Shown in pieces: positions 41,899 through 51,230 of a DNA stretch of 64,000 nucleotides; position 1 is the first letter of the stretch, and each line of letters starts with the position of its first letter. Origin of the DNA: Rhodocyclaceae bacterium (lineage in GTDB: Bacteria; Pseudomonadota; Gammaproteobacteria; Burkholderiales; Ga0077523); contig JADCHQ010000042.1 of the NCBI GenBank assembly GCA_020248405.1, positions 228 through 64,227 on the forward strand. The letters are read 5' to 3'. The position numbers and the translations under genes are program-made. The notes under the pieces are model-generated. The model was given only the letters and a program-made list of their open reading frames with translations, did no database searches and had not been told where the DNA came from.

Positions 41899-42052
41899 GA
41901 AGGCTCCTCGATGCGCCCGAGGGCGCATGCAGCGCCCCTTGAGAGCAAGAGTGCATCGGCCGTGACCGACGGACTCCCGCCCTCGAATCGCCAGGCGATC
42001 GGGGCAGACTCGTGAAGGGGCGCGGGCCGCGAAAAGCGGCCTGGCCAACGGG

Positions 42053-42469
42053 TCAGGACTGCTGGAGCGAGGGGGGTGCCCGGGAGGGCGGCGGTGGACA
42101 GCCAGCAATACCGGTGCGCACCAAGGTGGTAGACCGGGCAGGGATTGCATGCACCGGGAACAGCAGCGCACGAACCTGCGGCAGATCGGGCGGCAGCGCG
42201 ACCCCGGCCACGTTGCGGCGGCCGAGATCGGCTTCCTCGATGAGAGGGAAACTGCGCTCGCGCAGCTCAGGCGCGGTGGCGCGCGACCGGTCGAGCGCCT
42301 CGAGCCCAGGCAGGTGCACCGAACTGGACACCACGCGCGCCGGGTCATCCAACGCATGGGCGTGCAGCAGCGGCGCCACACACTGCAACGGCACCAGAAG
42401 CACCAGCAGCAGCAGGGCGCGAAGACGGTGAAGAGAAGCGGCGTGTGGCTGCACAGGTTCAGCGACCAC
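42053..42469 (-). CDS. Hypothetical secreted protein
   Basis: Track ORF with a GTG start. Signal-like LRALLLLVLLVPLQCVAPLLHAHA. G/C-rich third positions. No recognisable domain. Confidence 0.35.
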   Translation of the reverse strand: MVAEPVQPHAASLHRLRALLLLVLLVPLQCVAPLLHAHALDDPARVVSSSVHLPGLEALDRSRATAPELRERSFPLIEEADLGRRNVAGVALPPDLPQVRALLFPVHAIPARSTTLVRTGIAGCPPPPSRAPPSLQQS

Positions 42470-42542
42470 GCACGGGCGCGGACGATTTCGGATGCACGGA
42501 TTACACCACAGCTGGCGTAGGCCAGGCGAACAAACAGGGAAT

Positions 42543-42618
42543 TGGTGGGCCGTGAAGGATTCGAACCTTCGACCAACGGATTAAGAGTCCGCTGCTCTAC
42601 CAGCTGAGCTAACGACCC
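42543..42618 (-). tRNA. tRNA-Lys (anticodon CTT)
   Basis: Reverse complement GGGTCGTTAGCTCAGCTGGTAGAGCAGCGGACTCTTAATCCGTTGGTCGAAGGTTCGAATCCTTCACGGCCCACCA folds as a cloverleaf. 7-bp acceptor stem, anticodon loop CT-CTT-AA, T-loop TTCGAAT, encoded CCA. Confidence 0.9.
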
Positions 42619-42637
42619 GAGGGAAGCGGCAGGGTGT

Positions 42638-42713
42638 TGGTAGGTGGTGGGAGGCTCGAACTCCCGACCAACGGATTAAAAGTCCGCTGCTCTACCGACT
42701 GAGCTAACCACCC
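42638..42713 (-). tRNA. tRNA-Lys (anticodon TTT)
   Basis: Reverse complement GGGTGGTTAGCTCAGTCGGTAGAGCAGCGGACTTTTAATCCGTTGGTCGGGAGTTCGAGCCTCCCACCACCTACCA. Anticodon loop CT-TTT-AA, T-loop TTCGAGC, encoded CCA. Confidence 0.9.
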
Positions 42714-42730
42714 GTCGAAAAAAGACGCGC

Positions 42731-42759
42731 ATTCTATTGGCCGACCCCAGGGGTGTCAA
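42731..42759 (-). promoter_or_regulatory. Sigma70-like promoter for the tRNA-Lys pair (TTGACA-N17-TAGAAT, GC-rich discriminator)
   Basis: On the minus strand: TTGACA (42759..42754), a 17-nt spacer, TAGAAT (42736..42731). GCGCGTC follows, and the first tRNA 5' end is 17 nt after the -10. Confidence 0.5.
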
Positions 42760-42820
42760 CGCAAGAACGCCTGGGTGCGAATCGCAAGCGATTGTTTTAA
42801 CGCGCGCTCGCAGCGAGCGC

Positions 42821-43879
42821 CTATTTGAGCCTGACGAGCCGTTGCCGGGCTTTCTCGGCAGCGTCGGTCAACGGATGTTTGGCGATGAGTTCTTCGAGGG
42901 TGCGGCGGGCGCCGACGGTGTCACCCGACTCGCTCTGTGCATTGGCGAGAACCACCATGGCGTCTGGCACCTTGTTGGTTTCGGGATAGCTCACCAGCAG
43001 CTTCTGCAATGCCGCAATGGCGTTGGGATATTTCTTCAGCCGGAAATAGGCTTCGCCCAGCCAATACTGGGCGTTGGGCGTCAGCTCATGGAGCTTGTAG
43101 GTGCTCAGGAAGGCGTCGAAATCGTTCACCGCGCCCTGGGAGTCGCCCGCCCGGTGCTTGGCAAGGGCCGCATCGTAGGCCATGCGGGCCGCTTCTGATT
43201 CCCGCACGGGGGGGGCAGTCACACTGGCGGGCGCTGAAGCCGCGCCGGGCGGCGGTACCGCCGCGATCACGGGCGAAGGTATCGCCGCTGATTCGAGCTT
43301 CCGCAAACGAAGATCCAACTCGCCCAGTTGCGAAAGGCTGGCCGCCGCGCCACCAGCGGCTTCGAGTTTCTTGAGGCGGGCATCGATGTCAACGACGGCG
43401 TTGGTGCTGCCACCGGCACCTTCGAGCTTTTTCAGCCGGGCATCCAGGTCGGAAAACTGCTGGGCCGAAGCCGGGCTGGCCGCCTGGGCGGCGGCTTCGA
43501 GCTTCTTGAGGCGGCCCTCCACTTCGGCAAGCTGCGCAGCGAGCTTCTTGCGTGCTTCGGCATCTTCCTTGGCGAGTTGCTCGATCCGGCGCGCACGCCC
43601 GTCCAGGTCATTGTAGAGATCGCTCTGGCGGCGCTCGGACTTGTCCTGGCGATCCTTGAACACCTCCACGCGATTGCCGGTTTCCTCGATAGCACCGCGC
43701 AATTCCCGCACCTGGCGGCCGAGCGCGTCGATCTGCCCGGATAGATCGAGCAGCACGCGGTTTTCGCTCGGCACAGCCGCAGGCTTGGGCGCGGCGGGTT
43801 GCTGCGCCCAGGCGGGAGACGATACCGCCAGCAGCAGCGCCAGCGAGGCGGTGGACGAGACACGCAACACGGTTGTCAA
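42821..43879 (-). CDS. cpoB: Tol-Pal system protein CpoB/YbgF (coiled coil plus C-terminal TPR)
   Basis: Track ORF 42821..43960. The start must follow the pal stop (TTG 43879 or GTG 43870). Signal peptide, coiled-coil region, and C-terminal TPR block (AQYWLGEAYFRLKKYPNAIAALQKLLVSYPETNKVPDAMVVLA). Confidence 0.85.
   Translation of the reverse strand: MTTVLRVSSTASLALLLAVSSPAWAQQPAAPKPAAVPSENRVLLDLSGQIDALGRQVRELRGAIEETGNRVEVFKDRQDKSERRQSDLYNDLDGRARRIEQLAKEDAEARKKLAAQLAEVEGRLKKLEAAAQAASPASAQQFSDLDARLKKLEGAGGSTNAVVDIDARLKKLEAAGGAAASLSQLGELDLRLRKLESAAIPSPVIAAVPPPGAASAPASVTAPPVRESEAARMAYDAALAKHRAGDSQGAVNDFDAFLSTYKLHELTPNAQYWLGEAYFRLKKYPNAIAALQKLLVSYPETNKVPDAMVVLANAQSESGDTVGARRTLEELIAKHPLTDAAEKARQRLVRLK
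43289..43531 (-). repeat. Four degenerate tandem repeats inside cpoB encoding ..D.RLKKLE(A/G)AGG..
   Basis: Protein repeats AEVEGRLKKLEAAAQAAS / SDLDARLKKLEGAGGS / VDIDARLKKLEAAGGAAAS / GELDLRLRKLESAAIPS. The corresponding DNA units share TTCGAGCTTCTTGAGGCGG-like cores. Confidence 0.6.
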
Positions 43880-43889
43880 ACCCGCGCGA

Positions 43890-44549
43890 TTACTTGTCCA
43901 CGTCCGGGTAGATGAGGTCGCTGCGACGATTCTCGGCGTAGGAGTCCTCGTCCTTGCCAAGCGCCTTGGGCTTCTCTTCGCCGTAACTCACGGCCTCGAT
44001 GCGGCCTGCGGGCACGCCCAGCAGCACCATGGCGCGCTTGACGCCGTCAGCGCGCCGCTGCCCGAGGGCGAGGTTGTACTCGGTGGAGCCACGGTCGTCG
44101 CAGTGGCCCTCGATGCGCAGATTGTATTTGGGGTTGTCAATCAGGAAGCGGGCATGCAGATCGACGAGATCACGGTACTCGCCAGCGATCTCGAACTTGT
44201 CGAAATCGTAGAAGATGCTGCGCTTGGAGAGCGGGCTCGAAGGGTCACGCAGCTGGGTGGCCGCATCGGTGAGCGGCCGGCCGGACTCGCTGCCGCCGGG
44301 TAGTGGTTTAACCTCAGCGGCTGCCTGCTCGCGGCGGCGGCGCTCCTCTTCCTCGCGCAGGCGGCGGTTGAGCTCTTCCTGCTCGCGCTGGGCGGCGGCC
44401 ACACGGCGCTCCTCAGCCTCTTTCTTGCGCTGCGCCTCAAGCAGGTCGCGCTGCTCCACGTTGGCCTTGCTTTGCTCCTTGATGTCCTGGTTTGCGCAAC
44501 CGGCGGCCAGCAGCGCCAGCATCGACAGCAGCAGGATTCGTTTGATCAT
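43890..44549 (-). CDS. pal: Peptidoglycan-associated lipoprotein Pal
   Basis: Track ORF. Lipobox LLAAGC and an OmpA-like C-domain (IEGHCDDRGSTEYNLALGQRRA). Unusually long charged linker after the lipobox. Confidence 0.9.
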   Translation of the reverse strand: MIKRILLLSMLALLAAGCANQDIKEQSKANVEQRDLLEAQRKKEAEERRVAAAQREQEELNRRLREEEERRRREQAAAEVKPLPGGSESGRPLTDAATQLRDPSSPLSKRSIFYDFDKFEIAGEYRDLVDLHARFLIDNPKYNLRIEGHCDDRGSTEYNLALGQRRADGVKRAMVLLGVPAGRIEAVSYGEEKPKALGKDEDSYAENRRSDLIYPDVDK

Positions 44550-44569
44550 GGCAGGTTCCTCGGTGGGTT

Positions 44570-45880
44570 TCAGCGGGGTTTCAACATCGGCCCCCAGGCC
44601 GGCTCGCGCACGCTACCGCTCGAATCGGAGAGGCGCTGCTTGATCCGGCCATCACGCGATACAGCCGCGAGAATGCCACGCCCGTTGAGTTCGGAAGCGT
44701 AGAGGATCATGCGGCCGTTGGGGGAAAAGGTGGGAGAGGAGTCGTTGCGGCCGTCGGTGAGTAGTTGCGCGTTGCGGCTACCCACGTCCTGGATGGCCAC
44801 GTTGTAGCGGCCGGAATTGCGCTGGATGAAGCAGAAGCTGCGGCCATCCGGCGACCAGCGCGGCGTGACGTTGTAGTTGCCTTCGAAGGTGATGCGCTCG
44901 GCACCGCCGCCGCTGGCGGACATGCGGTAGATCTGCGGGCTGCCGCCGCGGTCGGAGGTGAACAGCAGCGAACGCCCGTCGGGAGACCAGTGGGCCTCGG
45001 TGTCGATGCCAGACGAATTGGTAAGGCGGGCAAGCTCGCTGCCATCGGCGCGCATGGTGTAGACCTGGGCAACCCCGTCGCGCGACAGGGTAAGCGACAG
45101 ACGATCGCCATCCGGCGCCCACGCCGGCGAACTGTTGGCGCCGTCGAAATTGGCCAGCACCCGCCTGCTCGCATCGGCGACGCTGTGCACGAATACCATG
45201 GGTTTGCGGCGTTCGAAAGACACATAGGCGATTCGGGCACCGTCCGGCGACCACGCTGGAGAGACGATGGGCTCGGGATGGGCAAAGATGAAATCCGCAT
45301 TGGCGCCATCGGCGTCGGCCACGTGCAGTTCGAAGCGATCACGGGCGCGCACCACGTAGCAGATGCGGGTGGAGAACACGCCCGCCTCGCCCGTGAGCTC
45401 TTCGTAGATGGTGTCGGCAATGCGATGAGCGGTACCGCGCAACTGGCTTGCGGGCACCATATAGCTGAAGCCGATGCGCTGCGTTTTCTTGAAGGCGTCC
45501 ATGAGCCGGAAGCGCACGGCCACGCGGCCGTCCGGGCGCTCGGCAATGATGCCCATGACCAGATTCTCCACGCCGCGATTGCCGAAATTGAACCAGTCCA
45601 CCTCCTCCGGCTCGGAAGGAAAGCGCGGCATCCAGCCAGCGGATTTCTCGCGGAACAAGCCGCTCCTGAGCAGGTCGGCGAGCACGATCTCGCTCACCCT
45701 GTCGGCATGGCGATCCTGATTGACGAAGGGCAGGACCGTGATGGGAATTTCGCGCCCGCTGCCGCCCACGATCTCGATGGTGAGAGCGGCCCTGGACGCT
45801 GGCGTCAGGGCCAGGGCGGCGCTTGCACCGGCGCCTTGGATCAGGCTGCGGCGCATCCACGAAATCGGCTTCTCGGACAT
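44570..45880 (-). CDS. tolB: Tol-Pal system beta-propeller protein TolB
   Basis: C-terminal 436 codons of track ORF 44570..46063. Repeated SPDG..(I/L)A(Y/F) propeller motifs. Confidence 0.95.
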   Translation of the reverse strand: MSEKPISWMRRSLIQGAGASAALALTPASRAALTIEIVGGSGREIPITVLPFVNQDRHADRVSEIVLADLLRSGLFREKSAGWMPRFPSEPEEVDWFNFGNRGVENLVMGIIAERPDGRVAVRFRLMDAFKKTQRIGFSYMVPASQLRGTAHRIADTIYEELTGEAGVFSTRICYVVRARDRFELHVADADGANADFIFAHPEPIVSPAWSPDGARIAYVSFERRKPMVFVHSVADASRRVLANFDGANSSPAWAPDGDRLSLTLSRDGVAQVYTMRADGSELARLTNSSGIDTEAHWSPDGRSLLFTSDRGGSPQIYRMSASGGGAERITFEGNYNVTPRWSPDGRSFCFIQRNSGRYNVAIQDVGSRNAQLLTDGRNDSSPTFSPNGRMILYASELNGRGILAAVSRDGRIKQRLSDSSGSVREPAWGPMLKPR

Positions 45881-45905
45881 GATGAAATTATAGGCTGGCG
45901 GGGCT

Positions 45906-46889
45906 TCAGTCCCGCGGCCGGAACAGCAGCCTGAGATCGCGCATCTGGGCGAACAGCTCCGGGTCGTCGGGCACAGGCAAAGGCTGGGCAAGCTCGATGG
46001 CCCGCTCCACTTCGCGGTCATAGGCGTTCGAACCGCTGGCGCGCACCAGCCGGACGGTGGCAACGGTTCCGTTCTTCAGCAATTTCACTTCGAACTCCGC
46101 CTGAGGGTTGCCAACGATGCCCGGGGGCACTACAACTTTTTCCCGGATGGCGTTGCGAATCCGGGCCGTGTACTCGTCGATGACCTTCTGCGCCGTTGCC
46201 GCCGCCTGGGCAGCGGCGCGCTTTTCGGCCTCGACGCGCTCGCGCGCGCGGCGCGCTTCGTCGATGGCTCGTTGCTGGGCAAGAAAAGCTTGTCGACTCT
46301 CTTCCTGGCGCCGCGCGTCGTCGGCGCGGCGCTTTGCCTCCTCTGCGCGGCGCGCCTCTTCCTGCCGCCGACGCTCTTCCTCGGCCATCCGGGCCGCTTC
46401 CGCGCGCTGACGCACCTGCTCCTTGCGTTGCGCCTCTTCGGCCTTGCGCTGCTGTTCTTTGTCCCGCACTTCGGCAGCTTTGCGCTCCTGAAGTTTCCGC
46501 TCCCGCTCGCGTCTTTCCCGCACGGCGATGTCGGGTCTGGCCACCGGTGGCTCGGGCGCGGGACGCACCTGGGCGGCAGGCGGCGGGGGTTTCGGGACCG
46601 GCGGTGCGGGCTTGGGCACCGGCGCCGGGGGCGGGGGCTCTGGCGGGGCCGTCTTGGGCTCAGGCGGGGCGGGTTCGGGCTCGGGCGCCGGTTCCAGCAT
46701 GGGTGGCGGCGGGGCAGCCACGGGGACACGCGGGCTGTTGGGAAGCGCCGCCACCAATTCCACTTCCACGCGCTCGGGCGGCTTGGTTTGCCAGGCCAGG
46801 CCAAGCACCAGGAACACGGCAAAGAGCAGGTGGACTGCGGCGGCCAGGGCCGCGGAGAGCAGATAGCCGGGCCGTTGCACGGCCTGCAT
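45906..46889 (-). CDS. tolA: Tol-Pal system protein TolA
   Basis: Track ORF. N-terminal TM helix, Pro-rich segment, long K/E/R/A-rich helix, conserved C-terminal domain. Positioned between tolR and tolB. Confidence 0.85.
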   Translation of the reverse strand: MQAVQRPGYLLSAALAAAVHLLFAVFLVLGLAWQTKPPERVEVELVAALPNSPRVPVAAPPPPMLEPAPEPEPAPPEPKTAPPEPPPPAPVPKPAPPVPKPPPPAAQVRPAPEPPVARPDIAVRERRERERKLQERKAAEVRDKEQQRKAEEAQRKEQVRQRAEAARMAEEERRRQEEARRAEEAKRRADDARRQEESRQAFLAQQRAIDEARRARERVEAEKRAAAQAAATAQKVIDEYTARIRNAIREKVVVPPGIVGNPQAEFEVKLLKNGTVATVRLVRASGSNAYDREVERAIELAQPLPVPDDPELFAQMRDLRLLFRPRD

Positions 46890-47320
46890 CAGTTACCGCC
46901 CTTGGCCTTTGTGAGCAGGCCGATGCGCTGCACGCCGGCCATCTGCAATTGGTCCATCACCTCCATCACCTTGCCGTATTCCACCCGCTGATCGGCAGCG
47001 ATCACCACTGGCCGCGTCTCGCCCGGGGTTTGGCTCTGGCCTTGCTTGACGATCGCGCCGAGCTCATCGAGGTTCACCCGCCGCTCGGAGGCCGTGCTGC
47101 CATCGCGCAGCGCCACCTGATTGCCCCCCAGAACGCGGACCTCGATGGGCTGGGCGGGCGCGGCCGATGACTTGCCCACCTGGGGCAGATCCACCTGGCC
47201 AGTGTTGATCATGGGCGCGGTGACCATGAATATCACCAGCAGCACCAGCATCACGTCAATGTAGGGCACCACGTTGATCTGGCTCATCACCCGCGAGCGC
47301 GAGCGGCGCGAGGTGTCCAT
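46889..47320 (-). CDS. tolR: Tol-Pal system protein TolR (ExbD family)
   Basis: Track ORF. MSQINVVPYIDVMLVLLVIFMV. Confidence 0.9.
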   Translation of the reverse strand: MDTSRRSRSRVMSQINVVPYIDVMLVLLVIFMVTAPMINTGQVDLPQVGKSSAAPAQPIEVRVLGGNQVALRDGSTASERRVNLDELGAIVKQGQSQTPGETRPVVIAADQRVEYGKVMEVMDQLQMAGVQRIGLLTKAKGGN

Positions 47321-47330
47321 GGCGCGCCCC

Positions 47331-48023
47331 CTAGTTGCTAGCCGACTGGCGCTGCAGCACGTTGGAGAACTCTTCCATGAAGCTCTCGAAGCGCGAGGCC
47401 AGCCGGTCCACGTCGCGCACGTGGTGGTTGAAGGCGATGACGGCGGGGATGGCAGCGAACAACCCGATGGCCGTGGCCACCAGCGCCTCGGCGATGCCCG
47501 GCGCCACGGCGGCCAGGGTGGCCTGGCTCACGTTGGCGAGGCCGCGGAACGAATTCATGATCCCCCACACCGTGCCGAACAGCCCCACGTAGGGGCTCAC
47601 CGAGCCCACGGTGGCGAGGAAGTTGAGGTGCGATTCGAGCTCGTCCATCTCACGCTGCCAGGTGGCGCGCATGGCGCGGCGGGCGCCATCCATGATGGTG
47701 GCAGTGCTCTGGCCCGACTGGCGCCGCAGGCGGAGGAATTCGCGGCTGCCGGCCAGGCAGATTTTCTCGAGGCTTCCGGCATGCTCGCCGTGGCTGGCGG
47801 CGTCCTGCAGCAAGGCGTTGAGGTCCTGCCCGCTCTGGGAGGAGCGGAAGCGGCGCTCGAATTCCTCGGTCTGCCGGCGCGCGGCGCGCAGCTGGAACAG
47901 CTTGTGGAAGATGAACCACCAGGACAGGAAGGACAGCGTGGCAAGCAGCGCCATGACGAGCTGCACGATCAGGCTGGCGTTGGCCACCAGGTGGAGAATG
48001 GACAGGTCGGTGGTGGCGTTCAT
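47331..48023 (-). CDS. tolQ: Tol-Pal system protein TolQ (MotA/ExbB family)
   Basis: C-terminal 230 codons of track ORF 47331..48146. SPYVGLFGTVWGIMNSF and the APGIAEALVATA block. ATGA overlap with ybgC. Confidence 0.95.
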   Translation of the reverse strand: MNATTDLSILHLVANASLIVQLVMALLATLSFLSWWFIFHKLFQLRAARRQTEEFERRFRSSQSGQDLNALLQDAASHGEHAGSLEKICLAGSREFLRLRRQSGQSTATIMDGARRAMRATWQREMDELESHLNFLATVGSVSPYVGLFGTVWGIMNSFRGLANVSQATLAAVAPGIAEALVATAIGLFAAIPAVIAFNHHVRDVDRLASRFESFMEEFSNVLQRQSASN

Positions 48024-48475
48024 TGCGGGTTCGCGCTTGGGTTGGGCAACCAATCGAGGAGGGCGGTGCGCAGCCGGGCGGGCAGGCGCACGGGGCGCAG
48101 TCTGGACGCCGACACACAGGCAAGATTCACTTCTGCGCGCATGCAATCCTCACTGCCCGACACCGTCTGGTGCAGCGTGAATTGCGCGCCGCCCACGGCC
48201 GTCACCGCCAGAGTGGCGTCGAGCAGTTCGTCGAGCAGCGCCGGACGCAGATACTCCAGCCGCAGGGCGCGCACGATGAACAGGCAGCCCTCTTCGGCCA
48301 CCAGGCGCGAGGCCGGGCAGCCCAGGGTGCGCAGCCATTCCATGCGGGCGCGCTCGAGAAAATCCAGGTAGGTGGCGTGGAACACGATGCCGCCGGCATC
48401 GGTGTCCTGGTAGTACACGCGCACCGGCACGGCGAAGCGGCGCGCCCCCGCCGGGGGCTTCAGGGCGCCGGGCAT
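48020..48475 (-). CDS. ybgC: Tol-Pal-associated acyl-CoA thioesterase YbgC (hotdog fold)
   Basis: C-terminal 151 codons of track ORF 48020..48700. VRVYYQDTDAGGIVFHATYLDFLERAR. Confidence 0.85.
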   Translation of the reverse strand: MPGALKPPAGARRFAVPVRVYYQDTDAGGIVFHATYLDFLERARMEWLRTLGCPASRLVAEEGCLFIVRALRLEYLRPALLDELLDATLAVTAVGGAQFTLHQTVSGSEDCMRAEVNLACVSASRLRPVRLPARLRTALLDWLPNPSANPQ

Positions 48476-48500
48476 GCGTTTGGCAAGGGATGCACCATGG

Positions 48501-49547
48501 TCACTCGGCGCGGCCCGCCCACAGGTCGGCAGTGCCCGCCACCGCAGGCGCCGCGAGGCCGAAGTGCCGCCACGCCGTGGCCGTGGCCATGCGGCCGCGC
48601 GGGGTGCGCTGCAGGTAGCCCTGCTGGATGAGAAAGGGCTCGAGCACGTCCTCGATGGTGTCGCGCTCCTCGCCGATGGCAGCGGCGAGATTGTCCACAC
48701 CCACGGGGCCGCCGGAGAACTTTTCCATCACGGCCAGCAGCAGCTTGCGGTCCATCACATCCAGGCCGGCGGCGTCCACGTCGAGCATGGCGAGCGCCGC
48801 GTCGGCCACGTCGCGGGTGATACGCCCGCCGGCCTTGACCTGGGCGTAGTCGCGCACGCGGCGCAGCAGCCGGTTGGCGATGCGCGGGGTGCCGCGCGAG
48901 CGCGCGGCAATCTCAAAAGCGCCGTCCTCGGCGATGTCGGCCTCCAGCAACCCAGCCGATCGCAGCACGATGCGGGTGAGCTCGGCGGCGCTGTAGAACT
49001 CCAGCCGCGAAACGATCCCGAAGCGGTCGCGCAGCGGGTTGGTGAGCATGCCGGCGCGAGTGGTGGCGCCCACCAGGGTGAAGGGGGGCAGGTCGAGCTT
49101 CACGGAGCGCGCCGCCGGGCCCTCGCCGATCATGATGTCGATCTGGTAGTCCTCGAGTGCCGGGTAGAGCACTTCCTCCACCACCGGGGAGAGGCGATGG
49201 ATCTCGTCGATGAACAGCACGTCGTTGGGTTCGAGGTTGGTGAGCAGCGCCGCCAGGTCGCCGGCGCGCTCCAGCACCGGCCCGGAGGTCTGGCGCAGGC
49301 CCACGCCCATCTCGCGGGCCACGATGTGCGCGAGGGTGGTCTTGCCCAGACCGGGCGGGCCGAACAACAGCACGTGATCGAGCGGCTCGCCGCGATTGCG
49401 GGCGGCCTCGATGAAGATGGAGAGCTGGCCGCGGATTTTTTCCTGGCCCACATACTCCTCGAGCTGGCGCGGGCGCAGGGCGCGCTCGATAACCTCCTCC
49501 TGGGGGCCCCTGGCGGCCGGGGCGATCAGGCGGTCGGTTTCGAGCAT
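48501..49547 (-). CDS. ruvB: Holliday junction branch-migration ATPase RuvB
   Basis: Track [40 protein letters not shown]. Confidence 0.97.
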   Translation of the reverse strand: MLETDRLIAPAARGPQEEVIERALRPRQLEEYVGQEKIRGQLSIFIEAARNRGEPLDHVLLFGPPGLGKTTLAHIVAREMGVGLRQTSGPVLERAGDLAALLTNLEPNDVLFIDEIHRLSPVVEEVLYPALEDYQIDIMIGEGPAARSVKLDLPPFTLVGATTRAGMLTNPLRDRFGIVSRLEFYSAAELTRIVLRSAGLLEADIAEDGAFEIAARSRGTPRIANRLLRRVRDYAQVKAGGRITRDVADAALAMLDVDAAGLDVMDRKLLLAVMEKFSGGPVGVDNLAAAIGEERDTIEDVLEPFLIQQGYLQRTPRGRMATATAWRHFGLAAPAVAGTADLWAGRAE

Positions 49548-49560
49548 CGGCGCGGGCGCA

Positions 49561-50343
49561 TCAACCGGGATTGGCCGCCCGGAAACGCGCCAGGTAGCCG
49601 TCGGCCAGGGCCGACTGCGCGCGCGCCGCCTCGGGCAAGGCGGATGCCACCCGGTCCATGCGGGCCGAGAAGATGCCGGTGACCTTGATCACCAACGCTT
49701 TCTGGTATTTAGCACCGAGGTCGGACAGGGCAAAGCGCTGGCCCTCCATGTTGTCGCTGCCGGCGGCGGAGAAGCGCATGGCGCGGTCTTCTTCGGCGTA
49801 CACGTAGGTAAGCGTCCTTTGCTCCTCTTCGGTGCCGCGGAAGCCGTCGATCAGCTTGCCCGACATGGTGAGGGCGCCGCCCACGTGAAACGCCACGTTC
49901 TGGTCGAGAATCTTGGCCTGCTTGCGGCCCACGTCGGTGGACAGATGGGCTGCGATGGCATCCAGTTCGGCGGGGGTGAAGCTCGCCAGCGCCATGCCGG
50001 ACCACTCGGGCGCGAGCCACTCCAGCGAGCTCCACTCGGCGCGCAGCCGCGGCATGAGCGATTCCACCATTTCGGCCTCGGCCGCATCCCAATGGCTGTC
50101 GCCCATGCGCCAGGCCTTGCCGAGCCCCTGTGCCCGGCCGCGGGCGGCCAGTTCGGCGCGCACCGCCAACACCGCCTGCTGCTTGAGGTAGCGATCGCCC
50201 AGGGCCACGGTGGTGCGCCAGGTATGGGCGGAGAGCATGGAGGCGGCGGAGGCTCGCGCATCGGCGTGGGCCGGCGCGCAGAGGAGCGATGCTGCAAGGG
50301 TGGCGGCGCACAGCAGCACGCGCGAGGCATAGGCGAGGGACAT
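49561..50343 (-). CDS. Signal-peptide protein of unknown function, paralog 1 (contains a DUF2059-like FTPAELDAI...G segment)
   Basis: Track ORF 49561..50406. Start at ATG 50343. Signal peptide [27 protein letters not shown]. Ends 13 nt before the ruvB start. Confidence 0.65.
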   Translation of the reverse strand: MSLAYASRVLLCAATLAASLLCAPAHADARASAASMLSAHTWRTTVALGDRYLKQQAVLAVRAELAARGRAQGLGKAWRMGDSHWDAAEAEMVESLMPRLRAEWSSLEWLAPEWSGMALASFTPAELDAIAAHLSTDVGRKQAKILDQNVAFHVGGALTMSGKLIDGFRGTEEEQRTLTYVYAEEDRAMRFSAAGSDNMEGQRFALSDLGAKYQKALVIKVTGIFSARMDRVASALPEAARAQSALADGYLARFRAANPG

Positions 50344-50439
50344 GGGGAAGGATCGGAAGTTTGAACGCGCCGCCGGCGCAGGCCGCGCGCGCTGGTTGAT
50401 CGTCACAAAATTATAGACGCGGCCGCGGGCGCGACACCC

Positions 50440-51228
50440 TCACCGCTGCCGGAAGGCTGCGATATGGGGCTCCGCCAGGGCCGCGGCGGCGGCGAATGCC
50501 GGCGAGATGCGCGCCTGCGCGGTGTCCATGCGGGCGTTGGCGGCAGCCACCACGCGAAATGACACCTCGCGGAAATACTTCCGGCCCGGATCGGTCCAGA
50601 TGAACAGCTCGGCCCGCGGGTCCGCGGAGAAGTCGTAGCGGATCTTCTCCAGCAGGGGTGCGGCAACGCTTTGCAGCAGCGCGCGGTCCACCTCGGCGCC
50701 AGGACGGTCGAGGCGGGCGCGATCGGTGAAGGTGAGACGGGTCATCACCAGTTCGCCCACGAACCAATCCATGGTGGCCGCCAGGTAGGGGCCGGGCGGG
50801 CTCGTGAGGGTGTCGAGAATCCACTGTTGCTCTCCGCCCGAGAGCACGGCGCGCGTCTGGGCGGCCCAGGTGTCGCGCCACCAGGCCAGCGCCTCGGTCT
50901 CGCCGCTGCCAGCCTCGGCGGCGGTCAGCATGGCCCCCACCATGGCAGCCTCGGCAGCCTGCCACTCGGGCGCGGCGGGCGTCCAGCGCGGGCCGAGTTT
51001 TTCCTCGCGCCCCGCCGAAGCAAGGTGGCCACGGGCCAGGGCGGCGGCGCTCTGGCGCAGGTAGATGCGGCCCCAGGCGCGGGCGAGCGCATCGCCGTGC
51101 AGGGCTGCGATACGCATGGCGGTGTCTCCCTCGGCGCGGCTCGCGGGTGCCGCCGCCAGCAGCAGCGCCGCCAGCCCGGTCCACAAGACGCGCAAGCCCG
51201 CGGCTCCCTGGCGCAGGATCGTTCTCAT
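50440..51228 (-). CDS. Signal-peptide protein of unknown function, paralog 2
   Basis: Track ORF 50440..51234. Signal peptide LWTGLAALLLAAAPASRA. The start abuts or overlaps the ruvA stop. Colinear with paralog 1 (IYLRQSAAALARGHLA...EWQAAEAAMVGAM versus [16 protein letters not shown]...[13 protein letters not shown]). Confidence 0.65.
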   Translation of the reverse strand: MRTILRQGAAGLRVLWTGLAALLLAAAPASRAEGDTAMRIAALHGDALARAWGRIYLRQSAAALARGHLASAGREEKLGPRWTPAAPEWQAAEAAMVGAMLTAAEAGSGETEALAWWRDTWAAQTRAVLSGGEQQWILDTLTSPPGPYLAATMDWFVGELVMTRLTFTDRARLDRPGAEVDRALLQSVAAPLLEKIRYDFSADPRAELFIWTDPGRKYFREVSFRVVAAANARMDTAQARISPAFAAAAALAEPHIAAFRQR

Positions 51229-51230
51229 GG

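Noticed and set aside
45906-46889. Pro-rich and K/E/R-rich repetitive DNA in tolA, considered as a possible independent repeat element.
   Set aside because: The low-complexity Pro-rich linker and charged helical domain II are normal features of TolA proteins. The repeats are in frame and within the gene.
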